This document shows positions 50,501-61,137 of a stretch of DNA of 64,000 nucleotides, one piece after another. The notes below the pieces were generated by a model, which searched no databases, had not been told where the DNA came from, and saw only the letters and a list, made by a program, of their open reading frames with translations. Every line of letters begins with the position of its first letter. Position 1 is the first letter of the stretch. Both the position numbers and the translations under genes were made by a program. The stretch spans positions 4,278,001 through 4,342,000 of the forward strand of contig OZ360225.1 in NCBI GenBank assembly GCA_977017645.1, read 5' to 3'. This DNA comes from Torpedo marmorata (Eukaryota).

Positions 50501-51732
50501 TAATCACCTTGAGATAGAGCCATTATTTCACTTTTATCTGAATTAATTTTATACCCAGATATTTCACCATATTCTGTTAATATGATAGCTAATTGTTGAA
50601 GTGATGTAATAGATTTCGTCATATATATTAATACATCATCTGCAAACAAACTAATCTTATGTTCTTCCATACCTACTTTAATCCCTACTATATTAGGATC
50701 TGTCCTAATCAATTCAGCTGAAGGTTCTATTGCCAAAACAAATAGAGCTGGTGATAGAGGACATCCCTGTCTCATAGAACGCGTTAAAGGAAATTTTGGC
50801 GATAAAATTCTCCTATTCTTAAACATTTGTTAGAAATATGGAATAAGACGGATAAGGAAATAGGAGGAAAAGGATTGATTTCTTCAAGGATGCCTTTATA
50901 TCAAAATGAACTTATTCCATTTACTATTAATAATCAATTATTTAAAATTTGGTTTCAAAAAGGAATTAAGAAAATAAATGATTGTTTTGAAGTTGGGAAA
51001 TTTATTACTTTTCAAAGTATGAAAGATAAATTTAATATATTACATAATACACTCTTTGCTTATTATCAAATTAGAGCTTTTCTGATTGAGAAATTAGGTT
51101 ATGCTTTGATTTTAACAAGACAGAATGAATTAGAATTATTAGTTACTAAAGGAGATGTGAATAAATAAATTTATTTCTCAAATGTATAAATTGTTTCAGA
51201 GGAAAATCCCTAAAGTAGGAATTCATAAATCAAGGTTAAAATGGGAATTAGATTTGAATGTAACAATAGATGAAAATCATTGGAAAGAATTATGTAAATT
51301 AAGTATGACGAAGATTATTAATGTTAGATATAGATTAGTACAATACAATTTTTTTCATCAATTATATTTAACACCTAAAAAACTAAAGAAATTTAATCCG
51401 ACATTATCAGGTTTATGTTTTAGATGTAATAAAGAGGAAGGTTCTTTTGTACATTCTACATGGTTTTGTCCAAAAGTTTAATTTTTGGTTGAAAGTTAAA
51501 AAAAATTTAGATAAAGTATTTAAGATTATATTTATTAGATTGACATTCTCCTTACCTTATTCTTTTCTCTTTTTCTTTTTTTAAATTATTTTATTAGATT
51601 AGTTGGGTTGGGAGGGTTGGGGAGGGGAGGGAGGGAGGGTGGGTGAAAATGTATCACAAGTATTTTGATAATTTCATATTTTATTTTATGTATTTTGTGA
51701 TTTAAATTTTAAATAAAATATTTTTTTTTAAA
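47537..51732 (+). mobile_element. 5'-truncated L1 inserted in the Gypsy RNase H; itself split by an antisense L1
   Basis: TSD AACACTTTGA at 47527-47536 and 51733-51742. RT motifs DQAGFI, LDAEKAFD, RQGCPLS, LFADD. Confidence 0.9.
48678..50803 (-). mobile_element. Antisense L1 nested in a related L1
   Basis: 17-bp TSD AAAATTCTCCTATTCTT at 48661-48677 and 50804-50820. Runs from RQGCPLSP to the C-terminus, 3' UTR and A tail. Confidence 0.93.
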
Positions 51733-52065
51733 AACACTTTGATGTGTATATCTGTACAGCTCAAAAACCACTCATAGTGTATACTGACCATAATCCATTG
51801 TTTTTTCTTTGTAAAATGAAAAATAAGAATCGACGGTTGTTGAATTGGAGTCTAATTTTGCAAGAATATGAATTAATGATAACACATATAAAAGGGAAAG
51901 ATAATGTAATCGCTGATTATCTTTCTAGATGCTAAACATTATAAATGAAAATAGTTCATATTTTTGTGTTTGTGGATGAACATTGTGGGTTTTGTTTATG
52001 TGACACCTCAATTAATTTCTAAAATTTTGTTCTTACAGACCAAAATTTTCTTTGAGGGTGGGAGG

Positions 52066-52928
52066 TGTTATGGACCATGACTGACCATTTGGACTACGGA
52101 TGGTCAGCAGGAGGAATGAAGTCTTTTGAGTACACACTGGGACCAGGTACTGAAAGAGTTAATTTACCCAGGACTGGCTGTGCTCAGAGAGAGACACACA
52201 TAGAGAGAGAGAGTGACAGGCTGTGGAAAAGATACTTTGTTGCACTTTTGCAACTGCTAGTGCAAACCTCTCAAAAAAGCATTCAGTTTGGAGTTGCAAA
52301 AGGCTGAAGCAACAACACCAAAACCAGGCTTGTGCATTCCAGTAGAAAGACTGGGGAAAATAGCACATGGCCTCTTGTATCAGCAAAATCCTGATATAAC
52401 GCAACTTTTGTGGAGAACAGGCGTGAGATCAGTGAGATAGGCTGTGAGATCTAAGTACATGCCTCCATCAGTGGTATACTGATTTTGAACAGCAACCCTC
52501 GTGCACCTACCAAAAGGGAAAGTAATCAGAAGGAAAGCAGGCCAATCATTCGTAAGCTTAAACAGTCATTGTCTCTCTCTCCAACGTTCATTGAGAAGTC
52601 CTTTGTGCCAGCGCATAGAGCTGAATTTGGACCTTGAATGTAGAGAGTGATTTTTGTGGACCTTATTTTTGGGACTGACTTAATTTTATGACTGACCTGG
52701 GGTTTTGGGGAAGGTTTGCTATTTTTTTTCTTGAGGGTTGGGCACAGACTGTAATGACCTGGGTTTTACACACACACACACACTTTAGATAAGAATAGTG
52801 ATTGTAGACATTTATAGTGGGGTTAATTGTTAAGAAATTATATATTTAATTGTCTTTAATAAATATAAATTTCAATTTTACCCCATTTGCATTGTGTTTT
52901 CTGTCGTTGCTGGTTTGAATTTGTAATA
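52066..52928 (+). repeat. 3' LTR of the Gmr1-like element
   Basis: Polypurine tract GAGGGTGGGAGG immediately before TGTTA. AATAAA near 52858. End TGTAATA read as degenerate TAACA, so the right boundary is approximate. Confidence 0.7.
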
Positions 52929-52971
52929 AAACTCATCTCAAATAGCAGGAACCTAAATGTGACATAAAGAT

Positions 52972-53460
52972 CAAGGCAAGTTAAAGTCAAGTTTATTTAT
53001 CATCTGATTGCTCAAGTACAACTCGACAAACAGCGATCTCCGATACTTGGTGCAAAACATGCAGGCACACAACCAGACATAACACACATACATAAAAAAA
53101 TACAAATGCAGGACAAGTATTCATGTATGCAAATAAATAAATAAATATTGTTTCGTAAATATGAGAGTCTCGGATGGTTAGTGTGAGCAAGTTCCTTTGG
53201 TTATTCAGCATTCTCACTGCCCGTGGGAAGAAGCTGTTCCTCAGCCTGGTGGTGCTGACTCTGATACTCATGTATCTCTTCCCTGATGGGAGCAGCTGAA
53301 AGATGCTGTGTGCGGCGTGGAAGGGGTCCTCAATGATTTTGCACGCCCTCTTCAGACAACGATCCCCATAGATCACATCGATGGGAGGGGGTGGCGTGCG
53401 GGGAGGGAGAGTTCAGTGATCCTCTCTGCCACTCTTATGGTTCTGTGGATTGACCTCCGA
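52972..53460 (-). mobile_element. Short Rex1-type 3' fragment
   Basis: IIEDPFHAAHSIFQLLPSGKRY...RLRNSFFPRAVRMLN, AATAAA and (CTTGA)n-like tail. Confidence 0.85.
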
Positions 53461-53764
53461 TCAAAATATACAGCTGTAGCCACTCTCATTGTGTTGTATA
53501 TCATCAGGAATCCATTTTTCAATGACATGAATTGGAAGTCATTTATCCTCTTGATAGAATCACTGATATGTAATTGCATTATACAATATCAAGTCAATGT
53601 GATTGAAGACAATGATCCAGAGTACATCCTGAGGTGTTTTTATTAATTCTAAAATAAAATATTAATTTCTTATGTTTAACAGCATATAGATAATGATAGG
53701 TGCTTTGAAGCCCATAATGTTGAGTCTATATTCAGATATCTATCATATATTAGTTACAGAGTGA

Positions 53765-54405
53765 AAAACAAAAGTCTACATATGCTGTGATTGTAGTAAA
53801 AACACAGAAATGCTGGAGGAACTCAGCTTGTCTCGCAGCGTCCATTGGAGGTAAAGATATATTTCCGACGTTTCAGGCCTGAGCCCTTCTTCAAGGTACA
53901 GTACGTTTCCCAATATCCGAAATTCGGTTAACCGAAAAGGTCAATTATCCGAGAAAAATTTAGGCGGCGACATGACGTCACAAGTTGAAAACAAAATTCA
54001 TCCAACGTACTCATGTGGGGCACTGATGCATTTTGAATCCAACGGAGCTCTCGTCTATTGTACAATGGCAAAAAGATCTGCAGATAGCACTGTCGAAGCA
54101 GAGATCATGTTGTTTTTCAGTAAGAATTAAACATTATTTCATGCTTGAATAGCCTTCCATTGTTTTTTGTTGTTGTTTAACTGCTGATACAAGTATTCTG
54201 CTGATGCTACTGGGCTGTTTAAAGCCATTATTCGGTTATCCGAAAAATCCAGTTAACCGAAAAGCGTCCGGTCCCTAGCTTTTCAGACATGGGGAAACGT
54301 ACTGTATAAGCAAAAAGCAGGCAGGCATCTGAATAAAGACTGGGGAGAGAACAGGGAAAGAATGGGAGGGGGAAGAGTCCAAACCAACAGACGAAAGGTG
54401 TTAAA
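53765..54405 (-). mobile_element. Penelope-type terminal-repeat fragment with the best-preserved hammerhead-like core, split by a MITE
   Basis: Minus strand 53896-53865 reads CC TTGAAGA AGGGCTCAGGCCT GAAAC GTC GG. Homologous to 14445-14680. Confidence 0.6.
53899..54304. mobile_element. Tc1-mariner/Tigger-like MITE
   Basis: TIR CAGTACGTTTCCC / GGGAAACGTACTG, subterminal TATCCGAAA and TAACCGAAA repeats, TA flanks. Confidence 0.85.
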
Positions 54406-55049
54406 ATTAAAAAGGTGTCATATTAGTTGGGGTATAGTTGTATTCTTGGTAAATAGTATATCTGCAGTTCGATAAATTATTACATTCAACTAGCCTCAGT
54501 CTGTTTTCTGATAATGTCAACAATCAAATAAAACTATTGTATGTCCAATAGACTGTACATTTTTCTTTCTTCAATTCCCCTCAAAGATGGCTGATTGTCA
54601 ACCTTACTCTTTCCTCCTTAAATCCTGCTGCAGAAGTCACAAACAACTGCATGTGAAATCATGTTCATTCAGCTGTGCTTGCTGTTGCAATTACAAATCA
54701 GGCAATTGTGACATAGGGATGACAAATCCAGAACCACATCTGGTAACCTAGTATTGACCTTGTCAGCTATTTCATTTTCTAGTTCCAGCCGACGTAACAG
54801 TCATTGACAGCTGACACAACCACATTTAAAGAGCATGTTTCACATTTGGAAAATAATACAATTGCCCTATTTTTTTAAATTAAAATAAATCCTGCACTGT
54901 ATGCTTTACCAATTAGTGATTCCTGCTTCACACTATGTACTTTTGTAACCAAAGAATTTTTTACAACCATGTAGTGAAATAATATGCATATAAGTAATCA
55001 CCATCAATAAAAATAAAGGTGTTCAGTGATAAATATAGTTTTACAGCAA

Positions 55050-55405
55050 GGAAATTTTGCCCAATTGGTCCATGCCCAACCAAATTATCTCCCTAAGCTT
55101 GTGTTTGGCCTATTTCCCTCTCAGCTTTTCCTATCCATGAACGTGTCCAAGTGTCTTTTAATAGTTGCAATTCTTCCCACCGCTACCATTTTCTCTTGCA
55201 GCTTGTTCCAAATGACTACTGCTGTGTGTGTGGAAAAGTTGCCATTCAGGTTCCTTTCCAATTTTTCCCCTTTCTCCATGAATATATGCCCTCTAGTTTT
55301 AGACTTCCCTGTTCTGGAAAAAAAACTATGACAATTTACCTTATCTATGCCCATTATGATTTTAAAAACCTTTATAAGGTCACCCCTTGGCCTCCTACAC
55401 TCCAG
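55050..55405 (-). mobile_element. CR1 3' fragment
   Basis: RGDLIKVFKII, KTRGH, VVIWNKL, KRHLDTFM. Confidence 0.8.
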
Positions 55406-55499
55406 GGCACCCTCAACAAAATCAAAAGCCAAATAATATAGAATAACACCAAAACAGTCCTTTCTGTCCACAATATCTGTGTTGAACTTGATGCAGTTG

Positions 55500-55915
55500 T
55501 GTGTGGAGGAAACGTGGCCTCCCTGCCTGTCTGGAATGTGTGTATTGTGGGTGGTCACGTGTCCTCCATGTCTGAAACTTATTCGGAAGTCACATCACCT
55601 GTCAATCAAGGTTGGACTCTGGCCACCCATTAGTGCATACCTTGCCGTTGGCTAATTTAAATCACCTAGGGTCATTATTGGCTAGAAGCACAGATTAGCA
55701 CTGTATATAACACCAATGCACAGCACATGCTTTCTCTCTGCCTCGTGATCCAAGTCGCTGCTGTAGACATCACTGGAAATGTCGCGGGTAAGGTGTGCAC
55801 TACACTGAAGCTGAGCTGTTAGTACTGCGATAGGTCGGTACTCGCAAAGAGCCGCAACCCCGTTTGTACAGGGAACCGAGTGTGTGTCTAAGAGTCCCTG
55901 TTTGTAGTGTGATCC
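55500..55915 (+). mobile_element. Possible truncated LTR
   Basis: Starts TGTG, with CAAT/ATTGG boxes and TATATAA near 55704. No TSD or clear end found. Confidence 0.3.
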
Positions 55916-57565
55916 CTATCCCTCTTCCCTGCATATTCATGTGTCTATCTCAAGGTCTCTTAAATGCTTCCATTGTGTCTGCTTCCACACTACTCTTGGC
56001 AGCTTGTTCCAGGTACCCACCACACTCTGCGCAAAATGACTTGCCCTGAACATCTCCTTTAAATTTTCCCCTGTCACCCTCAATGCATACTTCCAGTATT
56101 TGACATTTTTACCCTGGGATAAATATTCCGGCTGTTTACCCTATCCATGCCTCTCATCATTTTATAACCTTCTATCGGGTCTCCCCTCAGCCTCTGAAAT
56201 AACAAAGTTTGTCAAGCCTCTGCAGCTTATACCCTCCAATTCAGGCAGCATCCTGATAAACCTCTACTGTAGCCTTTCCAAAGCCTCCACATCCTTCCTT
56301 TAATGGAGTGACCAGAATTGTACACCATGTGTGGCCTAACAAAGTTATATAACAGCTGCAACATGACTTCCTTACTTTTATACTCAGTGCATCAACCAAT
56401 AAAGGCAAACTTGCATTACACCTTATTTACCAACATCTGTTGACACTCTATATCTTACTGTATTCTTTGATAGCACTCTACACTGTCCACAAGTCTACTA
56501 ATCTTTGTTTCATCTACAAACTTCTAACCCACCCATCTACCTTTTCATTTTAGGGGTCCCAGCATTGATCACTGTGGAGAAACAACCTTACCCTCTGTCC
56601 TCTATGAGCAAACCAGTTCTGAATCCAAACCATCAATTGACTATGGATCCCATGCATCGTTACCTTCTAGATCAGCCTTCCATGAGGGATCTTGTCAAAT
56701 GACTTATTAAAGTCCATGTAGACAACATCCACTCCCCTACCCTCATCAACCACCTTCATCTCCTCCTCAATAAACTCATTCAAGTTTAAAAGCCATGATA
56801 TGCCCACACAAGGCCACGCAAACTGTCCTAAATCTGACCATGCCTTTTCAAATGTATGTAAATCCTATCCCTAACTATTCTCTCCATAGCTTCCCTGCCA
56901 GTGACGTGAGGCTCACCAGCCTATCATTCCCTGGATTATCCTAATTTCCCTCTTGAACAAAAGAACTGGCTGCTCTCCAGACCTCCGGGTCCTCAGCTAC
57001 TCTTAATAAGGATGCAAAGAACTTTGTCAAGTCCCCATAATCCTTCTTGCCTTTTTCAGTAACCTGCAATATCCCATCAAGACCAGGGGTCTCATCCATC
57101 TTAATGCTTTTTCAAAAGACCTAGCACCACTCTTTGATATCAAAATGGTCAGCACATCAGCATTCCCCTCACTGCTCTCTCTTCTCTTTGGTCAATACCA
57201 ATGCAAAGTACTCATTTTATACCTTGCCACTTCCTCAAACAAGCATAAATTACCTGCCTTTCCCTTGAGTGGTTCTACCCTCTCCCTAGTTATCCTCATG
57301 CTTTAATGCAAGTAGAAAATGCCTTGATATTCTCAATAATCCTACTTGTTAAAGCTCAATTTGGCCTTTCTAATGCCCTGTTTGACCTCTTTCTGCCAAC
57401 ATATTTCCTCAAGGGCTCAATCATTGTTGCTTCCTTACACATGCTTCCCTTTTCTTTTTGACTAAATTCACAACCTCTCTTGTCATCCAAAGATCTTTTA
57501 CCTTCCCTCACTGTCCTTACTCCTTACTGGAACATGACAGTACTGGACTTCAAACTGCTGGTCCT
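55915..57565 (-). mobile_element. Old, heavily deleted CR1 ORF2
   Basis: CR1 hallmarks on the minus strand (VDVVYMDF.K.FDK near 56730; 3' tail near 55920). Confidence 0.7.
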
Positions 57566-58469
57566 AAAAAAAATTCCTCGCAATTAACTGCCCATCGTTT
57601 GTGTCTAATAATGTTGTAAAAAGTTTCAATAACAGTTATGACACAAACTTTTCTCACATTTGAAAAAAGTGGGGGGAGAGGAAAAAGTCATGATTAAAAA
57701 ATAAATAAAATTCACTTGAACAGTGTAGGTTAAAGAAACAAAGTATATAAAGATGGCATTTACATAAATGTTTCATTTCTATTTCCAATTTCTCTCTATG
57801 TTTGTTAATTTTGACAACTTCTGGTGGGATGTACTTTCACATGCATTAGTAGCGTTTTGCTGTCTAATCCAATCTCTTAGCTTTTCACAGGCAAATTGGA
57901 AAGTTTATTAGGAAGGAGTTTATTTGTAACATCTTGCCTGAAATCAAACAACTTGGCCCAGACAAGCAAGTAAACCTTGAAACTGCTTGGTCTTGACTGT
58001 TGAATAGAGAAGGGTGGATCTCTACACTACGTCACTGAAGAAACACAAACACTGTTTATAATGCCTTGCATATGTCTCCAACTAATATGGTACTGATCCA
58101 TGAAACTACACCTGAGCCCCTTATGACCTCATTAAGTCAAACCTTTTTTAAAATGATTTTGTTCATTTAATTTTCCTTTTGAGAAAAGCTCCAGAAATCA
58201 ATTCTGGTGTTTCTAGCCATGCTGGTTTGAGGACTGCAATTCTTGCTTCCCAGATTTTGATTTTGAAAAAAAAATTAAACAAGTGCTTTCATAATACAGC
58301 TAAAGTGGTAAATCTTTATTCTCATTTGGGTCAATATTTACAATTTAAATACATTCAAAAGTTTAGAATGGACACAAAATGTTGTTTACAAATATAATGA
58401 GTTTATTTTTTTTATTGCAGAAGCAATTCTTGATCCAAAAAGTAAATGGATAATAAAGGTTTTATTTTT

Positions 58470-58710
58470 TTTGCAGACATGCAGCACGGTAACAGGCCCT
58501 TCCGGCCCACACGCCCGTGCCGCCCAATTACACCAATTAACATACAACCCCCGTACGTTTTGAAGGGTGGGAGGAAACCGGAGCACCCGGAGGAAACCCA
58601 CCCAGACACGGGGAGAACGTACAAACACCTTACAGACAGTGCCGGATTCAAACCCATGTCGTTGGCGCTGTACTAGCGTTGAGCTAACTGCTACGCTAAT
58701 CGCGCCGCCC
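58470..58710 (-). mobile_element. tRNA-derived V-domain SINE (HE1-like)
   Basis: Reverse complement of the 16250-16490 family: B box GGTTTGAATCC, V domain GGGTTTCCTCCGGGTGCTCCGGTTTCCTCCC. Confidence 0.8.
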
Positions 58711-60274
58711 ACAATATTAATATATCGGCATTCATTTCATTTGAATGAAATGAATGCTGAAATATTACTGCAGCTTTTTGAATAATGAAAAATACTTAAA
58801 ATCTAGTGAATGCTGCTTGTCCAAATGTTAATTTCAAGTTTAATTGTGGTATTAATGTGAAGATTACATTGGTGCATTTAAATTAATGAAAAGTAGTATA
58901 TTTGATATACCTGTAATGACAGAGTGATGTTTAAATGGCAGGACTAATGCATTAATTTTGTCAAAGCTATTACAAGTCTGACATGTCATTGGCAGCAACA
59001 TAGAGTTGGAGTATCTACAAAGTCAATGGAATTCCAGAGTCTGTATTAAATCAGAGATTTAAATGCATGAATACAATAAAAGATTATTGAAGAATCATTT
59101 TCACTACTTGCTTTCAAACAGCATGCATTGCACAAAGATGATCTCTTTACCAAAGCAAATAATAAATGCACCAAAACAGTTCATTGAACATCCTATTCTT
59201 TGCTAATTAATAAGAGTAAAAGTACCATATTTATCAAATGAATGCAAACATTTTTAATATATAGATCAAGAATAGACCATGGCTTGAATTAACTGCCTTC
59301 TGTTCATTGAATTAAAATCTCTAAACATGTTTCAATATTCAGCAGTGTGGAAACTATTAAGGTGCTGTCGAAAAGGAACATCAATTATGATTTGCAGCAT
59401 CTCATACCGATGTTTCTAAACTAAAATGTGGAGTCATGGGAATCTAAAGAGGAAACATTCGTTCAAATTGCAATAATCAGTCTAACTTATCTTGAAGATG
59501 ATAATTTCACTCCCAAATTAAAAGAGTTTTATACACACTCCAAATTTGATATGTGCTGGAAGTGAATTTTTACCAGTCTCTTCAAGAGCATTAATGGCAT
59601 TTTGAAATTCCCAATTCTTGGTTACAATTTAATTCAAGTAATTGAAAACAATTGGAAACAAAACCTCCCACTGGAAAGATAAATAATAAACTTAACATCC
59701 CAAACATTTAACAGATGGTTTATTCATTACATTTTCTAAAATTTTATTCTTTCACTTTATCATTATGTTTATTGTTTCTGTTGTGTGTTCCTTCCTTATC
59801 CACGTTAGACTCATGCATGTCCGCTTCCACACATTCTTCTTTCGCTATCTTTCTCCCTTCATTTAGAAAACTATTGCTTTTGGGAGAATCCAGAGAGTTC
59901 GGATTATAGGAGTAGAAATAGCTATTCAGCTCATCAAGTCTGCCCCGCCATAGTATGTATGTCAAATACCAGAGGGAACAGGACATGCAGATCATTGAGA
60001 ATATTTAAAATGTTCAATCTCAAGTAATGATTTTAATCTAATATTTCATGAGGGAAGGTCATGAAGAAAACCAAATGCAATTAAGTTTTCAAGGTATCTT
60101 GGTTAATTCATTTTTAAAAAAATCATGTAGTTAATGGAGCACTGCGGTCTCTCGCTATAACATATTAATTTCAATTTTTCTTGAGTGTAAACATAGAGAA
60201 AATACTTGAAATTTAAAAACGCAATCGTTGCGAAGGTGGCGGTGAACCACATCTTCTCTTGCTGTAATCCTTAG

Positions 60275-60845
60275 AGCCATAGAGATGAGTAGCATGGAAA
60301 CAGACTATTCAGCCCATTCTATTCAGCCCATTGCATTCAGACCCAGCAATGGGCCCCCATCTTCCAGCACTTGGCTAATTCCCTCTATGCCTAAGCAATT
60401 CAAGTGCTCATTTTGAGATTTCTGTCAATGACTCTCTTGGGCAGTGTATTCCAGGTACTCACTATTTTCTGGGTCAAAAAATCCCCCCTCATATTCCTGT
60501 GAGGTTTCCTTGTTTTGTAAACCTTTGATATGGGGAAAGAGATTCCTACAATCTGTCCTATCTGTATATATCTCAATTATGTCCTCACTCCAAGGAGAGC
60601 AGACCTAGCTTCTCCAGTCACTCCTTATAACTGAACAGGCAATATCCTTGTGAAACTCCTCTGCATCCTCTCTGGGGTGATAACATCCTTCCCATAGTGT
60701 CACACCCAGAATTGCATGCGATATTCTGGTTGAGCACTAAATTAAGTTTTATAAAGTTGGAACATATCCACCCTGTGTTATATTCAGTGCCCAAATAATG
60801 AAGGTCAGTATCCCAAATGCCTTCCTAACCATGTTATCCACTTGA
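60275..60845 (-). mobile_element. Degraded CR1 3' fragment
   Basis: CR1-like 3' sequence, eroded. Confidence 0.5.
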
Positions 60846-60847
60846 AC

Positions 60848-61137
60848 GGACGACACACCAGTAGTTGGCCTCATCAGCAACAATGATGAGTCGCACTACA
60901 GAGAAGAGATGGAAAATCTCGTGAAATGGTGCAAGAGTAACAACCTGAGTCTCAAAGTGGACAAGGCGAAGGAGATGATCGTGGACTTCAGGAGGACCAG
61001 GAACGACCACCCTCCACTACACATCAACAACTCTGTAGTAGAAAGAGTGGAGAGCACAAAGTTCCTTGGAGTTCACTTAACTAGTGACCTATCGTAGACA
61101 CTCAACATCTCCTCACTTGTCAGGAAGGTGCAACAGA
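60848..61137 (+). mobile_element. Rex1-type RT fragment interrupted by the downstream L1
   Basis: DDTPVVGLISNNDESHYREEMENLVKWC...KEMIVDFRR...KFLGVH. Confidence 0.85.

Larger units (their letters stand above)
46697..52928 (+). mobile_element. Gmr1-like Ty3/Gypsy LTR retrotransposon 3' portion (integrase C-terminus, then RT thumb/connection and RNase H, PPT, 3' LTR), split by L1 insertions
   Basis: RTFKPGENVLV...PYRV...HVNMIKPY precedes LRRFLGMIGYYRKF, DASD..VGGVLLQ, NYSTIEKELLA. Resumes at 51743 with VYTDHNPL, HIKGKDNVIADYLSR-stop. Confidence 0.85.
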
